A model generated the notes under the pieces. That model did no database searches. It saw only the letters and a program-made list of their open reading frames with translations, and was not told where the DNA came from. From positions 27,404,001-27,468,000 of the forward strand of contig CM060731.1 in NCBI GenBank assembly GCA_030704615.1: a DNA stretch of 64,000 bases, written 5' to 3'. Of the stretch, positions 51,675 to 62,761 are shown piece by piece. Both the position numbers and the translations under genes were made by a program. Numbering within the stretch: position 1 is the stretch's first letter; each line of letters begins with the position of its first letter. The DNA is from Takakia lepidozioides (taxonomy: Eukaryota; Plantae; Bryophyta).

Positions 51675-52759
51675 CTAATTTTGGACTTTTGTTTGGTCCA
51701 GAAATCATTATGAGAAATATGAATAAATATAATTTATTATTAAAATAAAGCGATATATATGATTATTTTGCTATTTTATGTAAAATATAACCATGAACAG
51801 TAATCCTCCAAGCATTTTTTGAAGACAATATAAATATGTATTGTGGTTTTAGAAGAACATCCACTTCCAAGTTGACGTTCACGAAAAAAATGGGAAGATG
51901 CAATGAATTACACCATGATTTGAGGTCAGATATGTAAAATTTTTTGCACAAAATGGTTGCCATATCAGATGACATACAAAACCAAACATAGAACAATCAT
52001 GGCATGTGATGAAGAGGATGACATGAAAAAATATGTCCGCATACATTGATGATAAACATCATATTTTATTAGAGATTGCAACTTTGGCGTTGTAGTCAGA
52101 CATAATGTAACGTCAACTGTATATCCGTTCACATTGGACTTAATGTTATTCATCGGCTCGAAGCCATACAACGGCTTATACTAATCCATTAATATTATAG
52201 AGCCTCCTCCCAAACGGCTCGCAATTAAGGCATGTGTTCGAAGACGTCTCCGGTTATCAAAACCACTTGCAACGGTCTTCGCACCAGAGGAAACGGAAAT
52301 ACTTTCAGAGAACTCAAACCTAGTAACATTATTATCCGAAATATTACTTGGAACTCTACTTGTTGAATCTCATGATGCCCTTGAAGCCTGCCGGAAAGCC
52401 CGTCATTCTTGCCAATCACGAAACTCTTCTTCTTCTTTTCGAATTCACTCCTTGAATGTGACTGGGCAAAACAATTTTTCATATGACAAATGTCAGCTGA
52501 AATATGGCACCAAGGTAATCAGGTTCTTTTTGTTGTGGGATCCAAACACGAGGATCAACATATCTTCCATATCAAGCCCAATAGGCGTGGTCGCGACCAA
52601 TAGGCTTACGAGAACACTGGGCAGGGTTCTCGCTGATGTAATCTACGACTGTTGAAGTTGCAGCCATTTTCAATACATATGGTCACACGGCTTTTGTCAT
52701 ATCATCCTGGTCAACCAAGCCCTTTGGTGATGGCTTATATGAAATAAAGAAGAATCGAA

Positions 52760-53191
52760 TATTTGGTGGGTTTCGGAGGCCCTTTGATGGCTCATCATCG
52801 ATAATGAGTATTTGTCCTACGTTGCAAAGGGTGTACCAGGGTACTTGGCAAGAACAGTGCAAATATCCTTAACGAGATATTTCATCCCAGACATGATGTA
52901 ACCGGTAGTGTCTTTGCAATTCTCAACCTCTTCGCAATTTTCATGGGAACTAAGCACTCGAGCATCCTACAAAGAACATCTCTTTCAGCACATAATCAAA
53001 TCGCGCACGTGAACATACATCAACACAAAGTTGAAAAACTCCAAGACTCCGGGCCGGGGAACCACAAAAGGTCTATCGGGAACATGAACTGTAACTTTCC
53101 TGGAACGAAATTTCTCCTTAAACCATTCATCGCCGGTTAGAGGTGGCCGGTAGCAGAGAAGTCCGTTGACACTCAATATTAACAACATCAT
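52760..53191 (-). pseudogene. Decayed FCP1/NIF-type HAD phosphatase domain
   Basis: LLILSVNGLLCYR..VPRPGVLEFF (degenerate motif I) and downstream NVGQILIIDDEPSK (IIDD motif), with frame disruptions between them. Confidence 0.6.
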
Positions 53192-53949
53192 TTTCCTCTT
53201 CCCTGATGTGGCAGATGAAGGTTGATGGACGCAGCCATCCTGTGCAATTTAAGGAAATTCATTTCAGTGTTCCCGCCGTAAAAAACAACACGATGTAATA
53301 TTTATTAGTTTCAGAGTGACCTCCACGTTTGCCCAGACATAAGTGTCCCGACAATGGACTATTGTAAAGGACTAGGAGTATATCGAACAAGAGATCTATC
53401 ATGAAAAGATGAACGTCGGCATGTTCCAGGTTTGGAGTATAACCCAAGTATAAAGACCCAAGCCTAAAAACGTTTAGATTCTTAGCAACAAGAAAATCAA
53501 CCTTTCTTTTCTGACTGGGAGAAAGAGTGTCGTCCATCTTGATTTTCGAGAGAACCTTGACGATATATAGCAGTTTTACTTGAGAGACTCAGGTCGGGTA
53601 TGGGAGATGGTGCGCTTGCAGCAAAGGCTGTAACTGCATCAACATACTGATGTCAACAGAAGCACATATGCGTACTATTCTTGGGCACAACAATAGGAGC
53701 CCCAGTCCTATTTGGTCAGAGTTGGGAACATGCCAATGATAAAGTGGTTGTAGATTTTGGATTTGTAGAAATCTGCCAATTTGCAAAGAGTAGCATGGGA
53801 ACGCTGTTTTACCTCACCATGCATAAGTCATATACCAACAGCCGCATGTAATGATATGGAGCCGAAAAAAATACAGGTAATGAAGTCCTGTCAGGAGGGA
53901 TGCATCTTAAGGTCATAATGAGGCATTGAGATCCTAAGCCGCCATCAAT

Positions 53950-54180
53950 ATATGAAGCAAGCCAATTTTTTTGTTTTGTTTTGTTTTGTCACGTTGAGAT
54001 GTCCCAAACCGCAAGGCCCCAGCCGTGGTGCTTGGTACCGTTGGAAAGCCCTCGATGAGGATGCTGGGTGCACGGGTTTGGTCTCATGATTTTTGGGCCT
54101 GCGGTGTGGGAGATGTGGAATTCCAAGTACTTTTGGTCGTTGGAAATTCACAAAAAATGGCAAAGTGGGCTTTCCTGGGA
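53950..54180. repeat. Dispersed repeat of a kind recalled from moss genomes
   Basis: (ttttg)n-tcacgttgagatgtcccaaacc..ttggtaccgttggaaagccctcgatgag..gtgcac; recognised from memory only. Confidence 0.45.
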
Positions 54181-54274
54181 CAATGGTGGGACCCTCGACG
54201 TGAGAGATATCAAGGGAAAGGTCTCCGGATCAAATCTGGTCGTAGTCTCTCTAGAAAAAAAAAAATGATTAGAT

Positions 54275-54680
54275 ATGCGATTGCACTTGGACTTAGATGA
54301 CACTGGACATTTGGGCCTGTATATGGGAGATGCACTTGGATATATGAATAGAAGATTGCACTTGGGCTTAGATTTCAATTCTTCACACATGGGCCAACGA
54401 CATAGGCTACATTAGAGGTCGCACTTGGGTCTCGACATAGGAGAATTGCACTTGGGCTTAGATTTCAATTCTTCACACATGGGCCTTGATATAGGAGACG
54501 CTACTTGAATACATAGTGGATTGCACTTGGACTTAGATTTCAATTCTTAACACATGGGCCAATGGTGCAGGCTAACCTAGGCCTAGATCTCCCAAACAAG
54601 GTCTCTAGATACGTAGGGGATTGCACTAGTTGGACTTAGATGACACTAGACACTTGGGCCAACGGCACAAGCTACCCTAG
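54275..54680. repeat. Degenerate tandem repeat with core gattgcacttgg(g/a)cttagat..cacatgggcc
   Basis: Core recurs at about 54280, 54354, 54445, 54519 and 54620. Confidence 0.8.
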
Positions 54681-54899
54681 TAGGCTTGAAGGGACCTCCT
54701 TTATGCGGTCCAAGGCAGCCCAAGTCGAGTAGGGCGGCCGGGCCAATTGTGCCCACGTACCCCCACGCTTTGAAAATTTGTGGAGATCGGACCCGTGCAG
54801 TAAAAGTACTACATATTCACATCAATATCTTCCCTCTATCTTCCAAAATTTCCAAACGCGAAGATGGCATCAAATTACGCGATGAGAGTAACAGGCTAG

Positions 54900-56378
54900 A
54901 TAGATAATTTTACATATAAAATTCAGCAGCATAGGTGGTGATACAAACATCAGGGTTCATAGGTCCGTAATACATAGGAACGTACCGTTCTTGATCAATA
55001 ACTGCGTTGCCCAAAACGATCAACATATGCAATATTAACACTTAAACGCCCAGTAGCCCGTTTTGGGCGTTTCTAATCAGGGAATTTGCAATAACTTATC
55101 AGGATCTTAGCCAAAATTTCTGAATTTTGGATATGTTATGCCCGGCCACCTGGGCTAATCTGAACCATCGGACGATTTTCCCTGATCAAGGTTAGGGTTC
55201 CGGAGATTGCTACGAGATTTGGGTCCTGCGCTTTCTCCGCGAGTTGGAGTATGTTTGCAGGTGGCCGTTTGGATTCCATTTTTCCAAAGAGCACTCAACC
55301 CTGCAATTTTGACCCACTCTACTTTGACCAAGTGTCAGCAGCCCATTTTTTGTCCAAATTGCATTTTGTTCTCTGCAATGGATGTGAGATCCCATCAAGA
55401 TGAATGGGGAGCAGTTTCAGCTCATTTGGAAATCATCCCATCACCTATTTCTACAAATTACTCTTTCTAATTTAAAGATTTTTTTTTAAAAATTTACAAT
55501 TTTGGAGTGTGGGGCTCAAAAAAAGGGCCCCTGTAGTAACGGTGGCATTTTCCGGATTTTCATCTGATTTGCCTCAAAATTGGCCTGTACCTGCAGCAGG
55601 TAGGTCCGCACCTGATATACATTCAGAGTTTTCAAATTCCAAATTTTCCAAAAATTACAGCTATTTTTTGGCTCAGGGGTCAGGTTTTTTACAAAAGTAA
55701 AAAATGACTACTGGGCGTTTAAGGGTTAAGATCCAGTGGCTTTTCTGTACATTATTCTTCATCAAAGTATCGTGGACCCTGCTTCACCTCGTCATGGGAA
55801 AAAATATCTTTTGACTGTTTCCATAGTGGTTTCTTTCTACATCAATATTGTCCGCCATAAAGCTTCACACCAGTGCAGATTCATTCCCTTTCGCAAAAGT
55901 GTACCTAATGCATAAAATTTTGTCGATTTTAGCATCGCTAACAGGCAGCCCGAGAATGTACCTGTTCATTGCTTCCCAGACCGTTGGTGAAGATGAAGGC
56001 TCTCTCCAAAATATTTGATGGCGTCAAACACACACGGTTTTTGAACTCTGCACTACCATTTAGTGTGTACATTTCTTTCCCCTCTTCCATATCATGCACC
56101 ATGACATTATGACTAAAAAACTTGAAATGAGGTTGTTTGTAATCCTTCAAACAATATCCTAACATGCCTTTCCATGTATGTAACCAAACTTGCCACAATT
56201 TCTTACACATAACAATATGTCTCAGTGCTGGACATATGTCCCATCCTAGATATTTTTTTATCAGTTTGTTAACCTGGATAGTACTTGTAGTTAATATTCT
56301 AATTACCATTTGAAAATATAAATGAGACATCGCACCACCAAGTTTGATAGCCAAAAGTCTGGCAAGACAAACCTCCCT
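54900..56378 (-). mobile_element. Replitron-type (HUH endonuclease/Rep) transposon remnant, interrupted by a MITE
   Basis: EVCLARLLAIKLGGAMSHLYFQMV (degenerate ERGG..HLHFQ HUH motif), NKLIKKYLGW, CKKL..LHTWKGMLGYCLKD..HF..HNV..D..G..Y..KNRVCLTPSNILER and, downstream, MLKSTKFY..GMN..EALWRT; follows the Replitron transposase consensus as recalled. Element ends not found. Confidence 0.75.
55039..55725. mobile_element. 687-bp non-autonomous DNA transposon (MITE) with piggyBac-type ends and TTAA target-site duplication
   Basis: TTAA(55035-55038)|CACTTAAACGCCCAGTAG ... CTACTGGGCGTTTAAGGG|TTAA(55726-55729): 18-bp TIRs with one mismatch; no coding capacity inside. Confidence 0.85.
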
Positions 56379-57698
56379 CTTTTCCCACACGCTTCCGCTA
56401 CAACGATGTTTTTTGTTGCCTCCATGGTGGGTTTGTACTTCTCTCTTCCTCTCCTATTTACTATGCTCGCCTATTGTACTATGACCCCTCACCTCTGCCT
56501 TTGTACCTCACTACGCTGACCTCTAGTACCTTGTTGTAGAGTGCTACGTGGCCTCGTACGTTGGTACAGTCTGACGTAACTATCGAAGCACTTTTTGCGC
56601 TCCCTCTATACCATTCTCTATTATAGAATGTTCCCTTGGGCATGGACTCCATATGGCCCACATCCACTAGCCAAGTGGGGCCATGCAACTTACCACCTAG
56701 TTAAGACAAACTCCTAGATGTCCTATGGCCTTTGGTCGATTTTATTTTTCCAAGGGGTACATATTAGAACGGCCTTCCATGTACCTGGCCCACTGTTTAA
56801 GGGAGGTAACTGACAAACATGGCCGAGTACACATATCGCTTCCATGTATGGGGGTGGCAGGGCCCGGTTGCCGAGCTAGCTCGTTTGTAAGGGACCTCGA
56901 TAAAATGGGATGGAGCTCAGCGGACGACTGCCGCGAATTGATTGCGTGTCCACTTACCGGTTGCGAACCCACCGCGACTTGCTATTGACGGTTCGATAAA
57001 GATGCAAAAGAAAGAAAGATAAAAGCCAAAATGTGTTCAACCGGTTACCAAGTGGTATCCTCTGCGAGGATTGTGGAAACACTCGAGGGGACCAAGCTAT
57101 TTTCCCCCATATGAACGGACACTCTTAGCCATGTGGTCGAGCGTGTACAGCTTGACAATTTCTACTCAGGGCTCGTTTTCATCCAACTTCATCCACAAAG
57201 TCATTCCATGGATGGAAAACAGCACAAAACAGGTCATTTCCTCTTAAGGGTAATGCGGTCATCTTTTCTGGGAGCCCCAAACAATAACCTCCCAGACACA
57301 ATAAGTAGCAAATTTTAGGCACCTAAGGACATCTGTGTTGCAGGTAAGTTGTGCAGATAGAGGTGTCTGAGTAGTTCAGGTTCAAAGGTAGATTCAAATG
57401 AGTACACAATGTCACCCTTATTTTCCATCGGAAGTGTGGCATTTGCTGGAGTTAGACGATGTCCCATCATCTTTAGAGAAAGAGAGGTAAGACTCTGGCA
57501 GTAGCAGGCATAACTAAGAGCCAATTCGCCTTTCGGCGCCTGCCCCATCTTTACATACGTAAGTCCAAAGCTAAAGTACATAGAGGAAAGTCAAAGATAA
57601 GGATTGGAAGCAATTCGGCTTTCTCCCACTCCATCCAGTCCATTTACCTTTTGACTACAAAATGTTATATATATACAACCATACTAGGGAACCCCATT

Positions 57699-60600
57699 CT
57701 AGAAGTCAAAGCTTTGTTGCAGCTTGGACCTATTAAAGAAAAGTGGGCGAACTTTCGTGTCTAGCAGCTTCTTCACATTAGATGGGCACATACCGGCCGC
57801 ATACCCATTAAGCTTTGTTGCTACTGTTGACGAGCTCAACTCATCATCAGAGATATCTCCCAGCACCTGTAGCAGCAAGGGTTTCCTTCGCAACTCGAAT
57901 TTCTGAGAGATCATACAATCAACTCAGAATTAAGATCCAGATGTGAGGTTCTATCTCTGTAAAATGCAACAGTGCTTGCACAAAGCCAACGACAGTAAGT
58001 TAAAGCAGTGAGAGAATAAGATGTTGTTTGATGTAGGCTTGTGGCCATACACCCCGAACAACAAGAGGGAACAGACACTACCTTTGTGAGGGGCTGGACA
58101 CAACAGCCTGTTGTGTCTAACTGCTCACTCTAGAAGTGGAACTTACCTCGATATAAACAATGAGTTTGGGCGTTCCAAATATCCTAGAAAGCCCTTCAAA
58201 CAAGCATCAATCTGCTGTGTCTGATCTGCCTAGCAGTTAGACACAACAGGCTGCCTGCACATCGGGCATTGACAATCTCCCTTTCCTCTGTGCATCTATT
58301 TTCTGCTTTTTGTTCAGGAAGACTCCCAGCCCCGAGTTTAAATTTCAGTCTAGTGCAGAGGGTGGGTAGGCCCTTCAGATCATCCTTAAGTTCCTCACCT
58401 ATGTCACAAACTGGAAACAAGCATCCTCATGTCTTTCCCTGACCCCAGAACCACAGCCCATTGCACCATACCATGTCATAAGCCTTTTTAACAACCAGGA
58501 AGAAGACAAAGGTAGTTTTTCCTTCTTTTTTCCTTCCCTGGGTAGTCTGGCATAGGGGTAAAGATATGGTCACCGCAAGCCCCTACTTCTCCACAAGCTC
58601 ACCTGACCTTCATGGGAAACACACAGAGAATGTACTCATGCCGTTCCCTGCGTCCCAACGTTGGCTTGCCAGAGCCTTATGGCCATCGGGAAAAACAGAG
58701 AGATTGTACTCATAAGACATTGTTTGCCGTAGCCTTGTGGCCATTGACCCCGCGCCCAGTTTGAGCGGGAACAAAAGGGACAGAACCTACCTCTGTCAGG
58801 GGCTGACGTTGGTAGTAAGACTTACCTTGATATATAGAATTAATCCGGGTTTTCCAGATATCCTCTAGAAATCCCTTCACACAAGCATCAATCTGCTGTG
58901 TGTGATTTGCCCAAAAACTAGGCCTCAGGAGGGCCTGGGCTTTCGGCTCAGCCTCGAGACTTTCAAAGTTGGTTAACAGGAGTACAGGCACAATTCCCTT
59001 GATAGATTTGAAGAGAGCGTCTCTTAGCTAAGAGAACCCTGGACAGTGTATCAGAAAATGAATACTGTCTTCAGATTGCCCACACAACGGGCAATTGCAC
59101 TCTCCCTTTCCTCTCTGCTTCTGTTTGCTGTTCAAAGGTAGGCTTCCTGCCCTGAGTTTAAATTTCAGTCTAGTGCCGAGAGTGGGTAGACCCTTGAGGT
59201 CATCCAAGATGTCCTCCCCCATGTCACTGACTGGAAACAAGTTCAGGGAAGTGAGGATGTGGAAAGTGAGGGATTTGGGTTAAGGGTGGGTGATACCACC
59301 ATACCAGCCCTTATGTTTGCGGATGACTTCGCAGGCATAGGGGAGACTCCAACCAATCTCCAGGAGTTGATTGATTGCGCGAAGAGATACTTTGATCTTT
59401 GGGGGCTAGAGGCTAATGTCAGCAAATGTGCAGTGGTAGCATTCAACGACAGAGGAGAGGGAGGAAGTGATCTTAAGTGGCAGTGGAGCATACAAGTTGT
59501 GGACAATTCTCCACATCTTTCCCTTGATCCCACAAGACCAGAGGCGGAACCATAGGCCATCTCTCCACACTGTGTCATAAGCCTTTTTGACATCCAGGAT
59601 AAAAACATAAGTGGGGTTCCCTTCTTTTTTCCTTCCCTGGATAATCTGGCTTAGAGTGAAGATATGATCCCCAAAGCCCCTGTTTCGCCGAAAGCCAGCT
59701 TGGCCTTTGTGGAAACAACCTCTAGACTCCAGATCAACCTCAACACGAGTACTTATAACTCTGCAGAATGTCTTGCCAACAGCATTGAGGAGCGTGATGC
59801 CACGGTAGTACCCCGGTTCTTCTCTGTCACCCTTCTTGTATAGATTGACAATGACCCCCTGTCGCCAGCGAAAAACAGAGAGAGAGAGGGAGAGAGAGAG
59901 AGCGGCATACCTGATGTTCAGGTTCAGCAGGATAGAAAGCCTCAAGTGGTTGAATGTCAGTCACCACCTCACTTTGGGATACTTTGAGCTGTTCCCTCTC
60001 TTTACTTGCTGTAGCCAGGCTGTCTTCATCCTCACCTTGAGTAAACACTACTGACCTGCAAGGCACATGTCATGCTAGTCATTCTACATTCTAAAGAGAT
60101 TCAATGGCATGAATTGATCCTCCAGAAAGTTATACATCGACCCATCACTATATGTATGAGGCCATGGGAATGAGTGTCCAAGTTTAGAGTACCTTGCAAC
60201 AACAGAAAACTGAGAGTTGCAATCAACACACTCCGGAGTTCCTCTTTCCTAATGACAATCATAGGGTCGGCCACCACTTTAACATAATTTGCACAGATTT
60301 CAACCAGCATGGCTTTCCATTCTGACTTCAAAAGAACTTTCATCATAGCATCAATTTATTCACACCAGAAATCAGATCCAAGGAGAGTAAACAGCTGGAA
60401 ATGCTCATAATAATAACAACAGTTAAGAGATTTTCGTTTTCTCACATTCAACAGAGAAGAGGCAGCTACTCATAGATTGAACTTCAGCTTGGGGCCCAGC
60501 ATGGCAAGGTTCTTTTTGTGGTCGTTCATCCTGGTTGTGCACGGAGATGCTTATGAAAGATTTTTTGTTCACTTTTGAGGAGTACATCTCGCTAGGTTTG

Positions 60601-61468
60601 GCAGCACCACTCGACTCTTCTAGGAGGTAGGAAAAGATAGATGCACATATGAAGCTTACCTGTACTGGGGACCAACATCAGGGCCTTGTCCAAAAATTTG
60701 AGTAGGGTCATGGTGGGCCCAAAATACATCCAGCAGTTGCTCATACTTTATCACTGTTGGATCATACTCCACCTGCAGTAAGTTCCCACATAATACACAT
60801 CAGTGTAGCTTAGATAAAGAAAAAACGCCGGAAACATCTTATACATATTGAGCCTCGTTCCTGTATGACTGTTACTGGAAAACAGTTGCCAGCACGTAAT
60901 AGGGGCAGTGTTCTGGAGGACCACAGCTTCCTTGGTATCCATATCTGATATAGAATCCGGGTGTAAATGCTTACATAGAACAACAAGACGCATTGTCTTC
61001 TCATAGATGAAGGTGCAATCCCAGATAGTTAGAAACCATTTTTGAAACCACTGATAAACCCCTAGCTTTGCTGAGTCATTTGCACCATCCTGCTTCAACC
61101 ACAATGTGCGAGGAAAATCCCAGAGTATCATAAGATGCCTAATTTCAGCGATGATTTCCACATTTGACTTGCCTTGTCTGGGCAAAGATTGATACAACAA
61201 CCAGTGTGAAACATACCTCCACAGATTCGGCGTGGTCCCCGATGCTGTGGTAATCAGGGTTTTGCTTCGAGCCTCCGGCATAGCCAGCTTGCGTCCGCAC
61301 CACTCCTGGCAAGCAACCAAACACTGCCTCCCCTCTCCAGAAACTTCCTAGCGCGAACACAGCCCTCTTGGTTGGGCTCAAATACTTTTCACTGTCCTTA
61401 AATGCCACAGCTTGGCTGACGGTCACCGTGACCAGGACTAGCAGCAAGTATGCAAAGCGAACCCTCAT
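57699..61468 (-). CDS. MSRA5: Peptide methionine sulfoxide reductase A5-type with signal peptide, 4 exons: 61468-61217, 60772-60660, 60055-59911, 57902-57699
   Basis: [69 protein letters not shown]|[37 protein letters not shown]|[15 protein letters not shown]|[28 protein letters not shown]; GSFW in place of GCFW is the MSRA5 signature. Confidence 0.93.
58180..58610 (-). mobile_element. Older, internally deleted LINE copy in MSRA5 intron 3
   Basis: [17 protein letters not shown] piece joined to [34 protein letters not shown] and the QQIDAC region. Confidence 0.75.
58704..59869 (-). mobile_element. 5'-truncated LINE (C-terminal CCHC type, L1/RTEX-like) with internal inversion and deletions and a 14-bp TSD, in MSRA5 intron 3
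   Basis: [41 protein letters not shown] on minus; [10 protein letters not shown] on plus at 59259-59490; [17 protein letters not shown] on minus; GAAAAACAGAGAGA at 58690-58703 and 59870-59883. Confidence 0.88.
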
Positions 61469-62761
61469 CTTTCCAGCAGTCTCTGCATAGAACTGCAGGG
61501 TGAAGAAACTATCAAACCTTATAAAGACACCCCGCAGCCATAATGTAATCACAGCGTTTCCTTTCCAGGGAGTGCTAGAAGGAGACAGACAGGCATATCG
61601 ATAGGGTTTGGAGGTTATGAATGTTTTGGATGTAGATGCATACCTGAATGGAGGTAATTCTGAACGAGGTCCGGTCATGTGACTAGAGTCGAGAGTCGGT
61701 GGAGAGCACGGTTTCCAACTGCCGACGATTTACGAAGCTCCAACTTAGAATGCTGAACTGTTCGGATTGTGTTGTGGAGCCATCTTGAGGAATCAGGATT
61801 ATCATACCCTGGGTAGCAGAACTCTTCAAGTTTTTAGTGGTAGAATTCCTCGCAGTGGGGGGCTCATTTAGTGCGTCCAGAACATGCTGCAGTGCTTTGG
61901 GGACATTGTCTGAAAAATCTGTCTAATTCTTGGAGTGACACCCCGCCGGGCAATCTCCAACTGTGCACTCGGAAAAGGATCCTCTGAGGACAAATTATGT
62001 AACAACAGCCCTCCGAGTCTGCACCCCCATTATCCCCAATGTCCACGACATGATATGCTCAACTTGCCCCACATAGTGATTATCATAGTACGTATTTGAG
62101 TCTTCCTCTATTAGAGAAGGCCCTTAGGTTTTAAGTAGTATCACACAAGGTTTTTGTTCTCATCTTTTCCCGAAAATTGGCATGTTTTCAGTTACTTGCA
62201 TACAGAGTGATCGATTTATAGAGAAGGGAATGTATAACAAGAAGGATATAATGAGCTGGAAGAAGGCTGGCAGACATTCAATCTTTCAGTAGCTGCAGTG
62301 CAGATGGAATTGACACATCAACTGGTGAACAAAAGTAAATTGGATAGGATAGCAAGATCGGATCCATTGAGATCTGAACATGTTTCGATATGAGCACTTC
62401 TCTCTGGCGGTGGTTGATAGGTGGTAGTTTTTGTGAAAAGGGTACTCCGCAAACTGGAGCAACTTGACTAGTTAGCCAAGCAACTTGACCCTCTGCAAAC
62501 TTCTTACATGTCCTGAAAATCTTTGAGCCTGTTCGAGGGATGTGGGAAAGCAAGTATTCCCACAAGAACCAAGGTGTATATAGGGGAAGGAAGAATTCCC
62601 TAAAGCAAAACGTGCAAAGATTAGCTGGCTCAACTCCTGCTCCATGTCTGTTGGAGAGGAGTTGCTGTGGTAACCACGTCTTAAACAAAGTGGATAGTTT
62701 TTTACAAAGTCGATGCAGAAATGGTCTTTCCCATTCGGTGATGCTGCTGCAGCCACTGCTC

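Noticed and set aside
56380-57100. Possible solo LTR truncating the Replitron (cttccgc motif, TATA-like box, atggccccac/gtggggccat hairpin)
   Set aside because: TG..CA ends and a TSD could not be defined.
61335-61360. MsrA lacking the catalytic GCFW cysteine as a novelty
   Set aside because: GSFW is the known feature of plant MSRA5.
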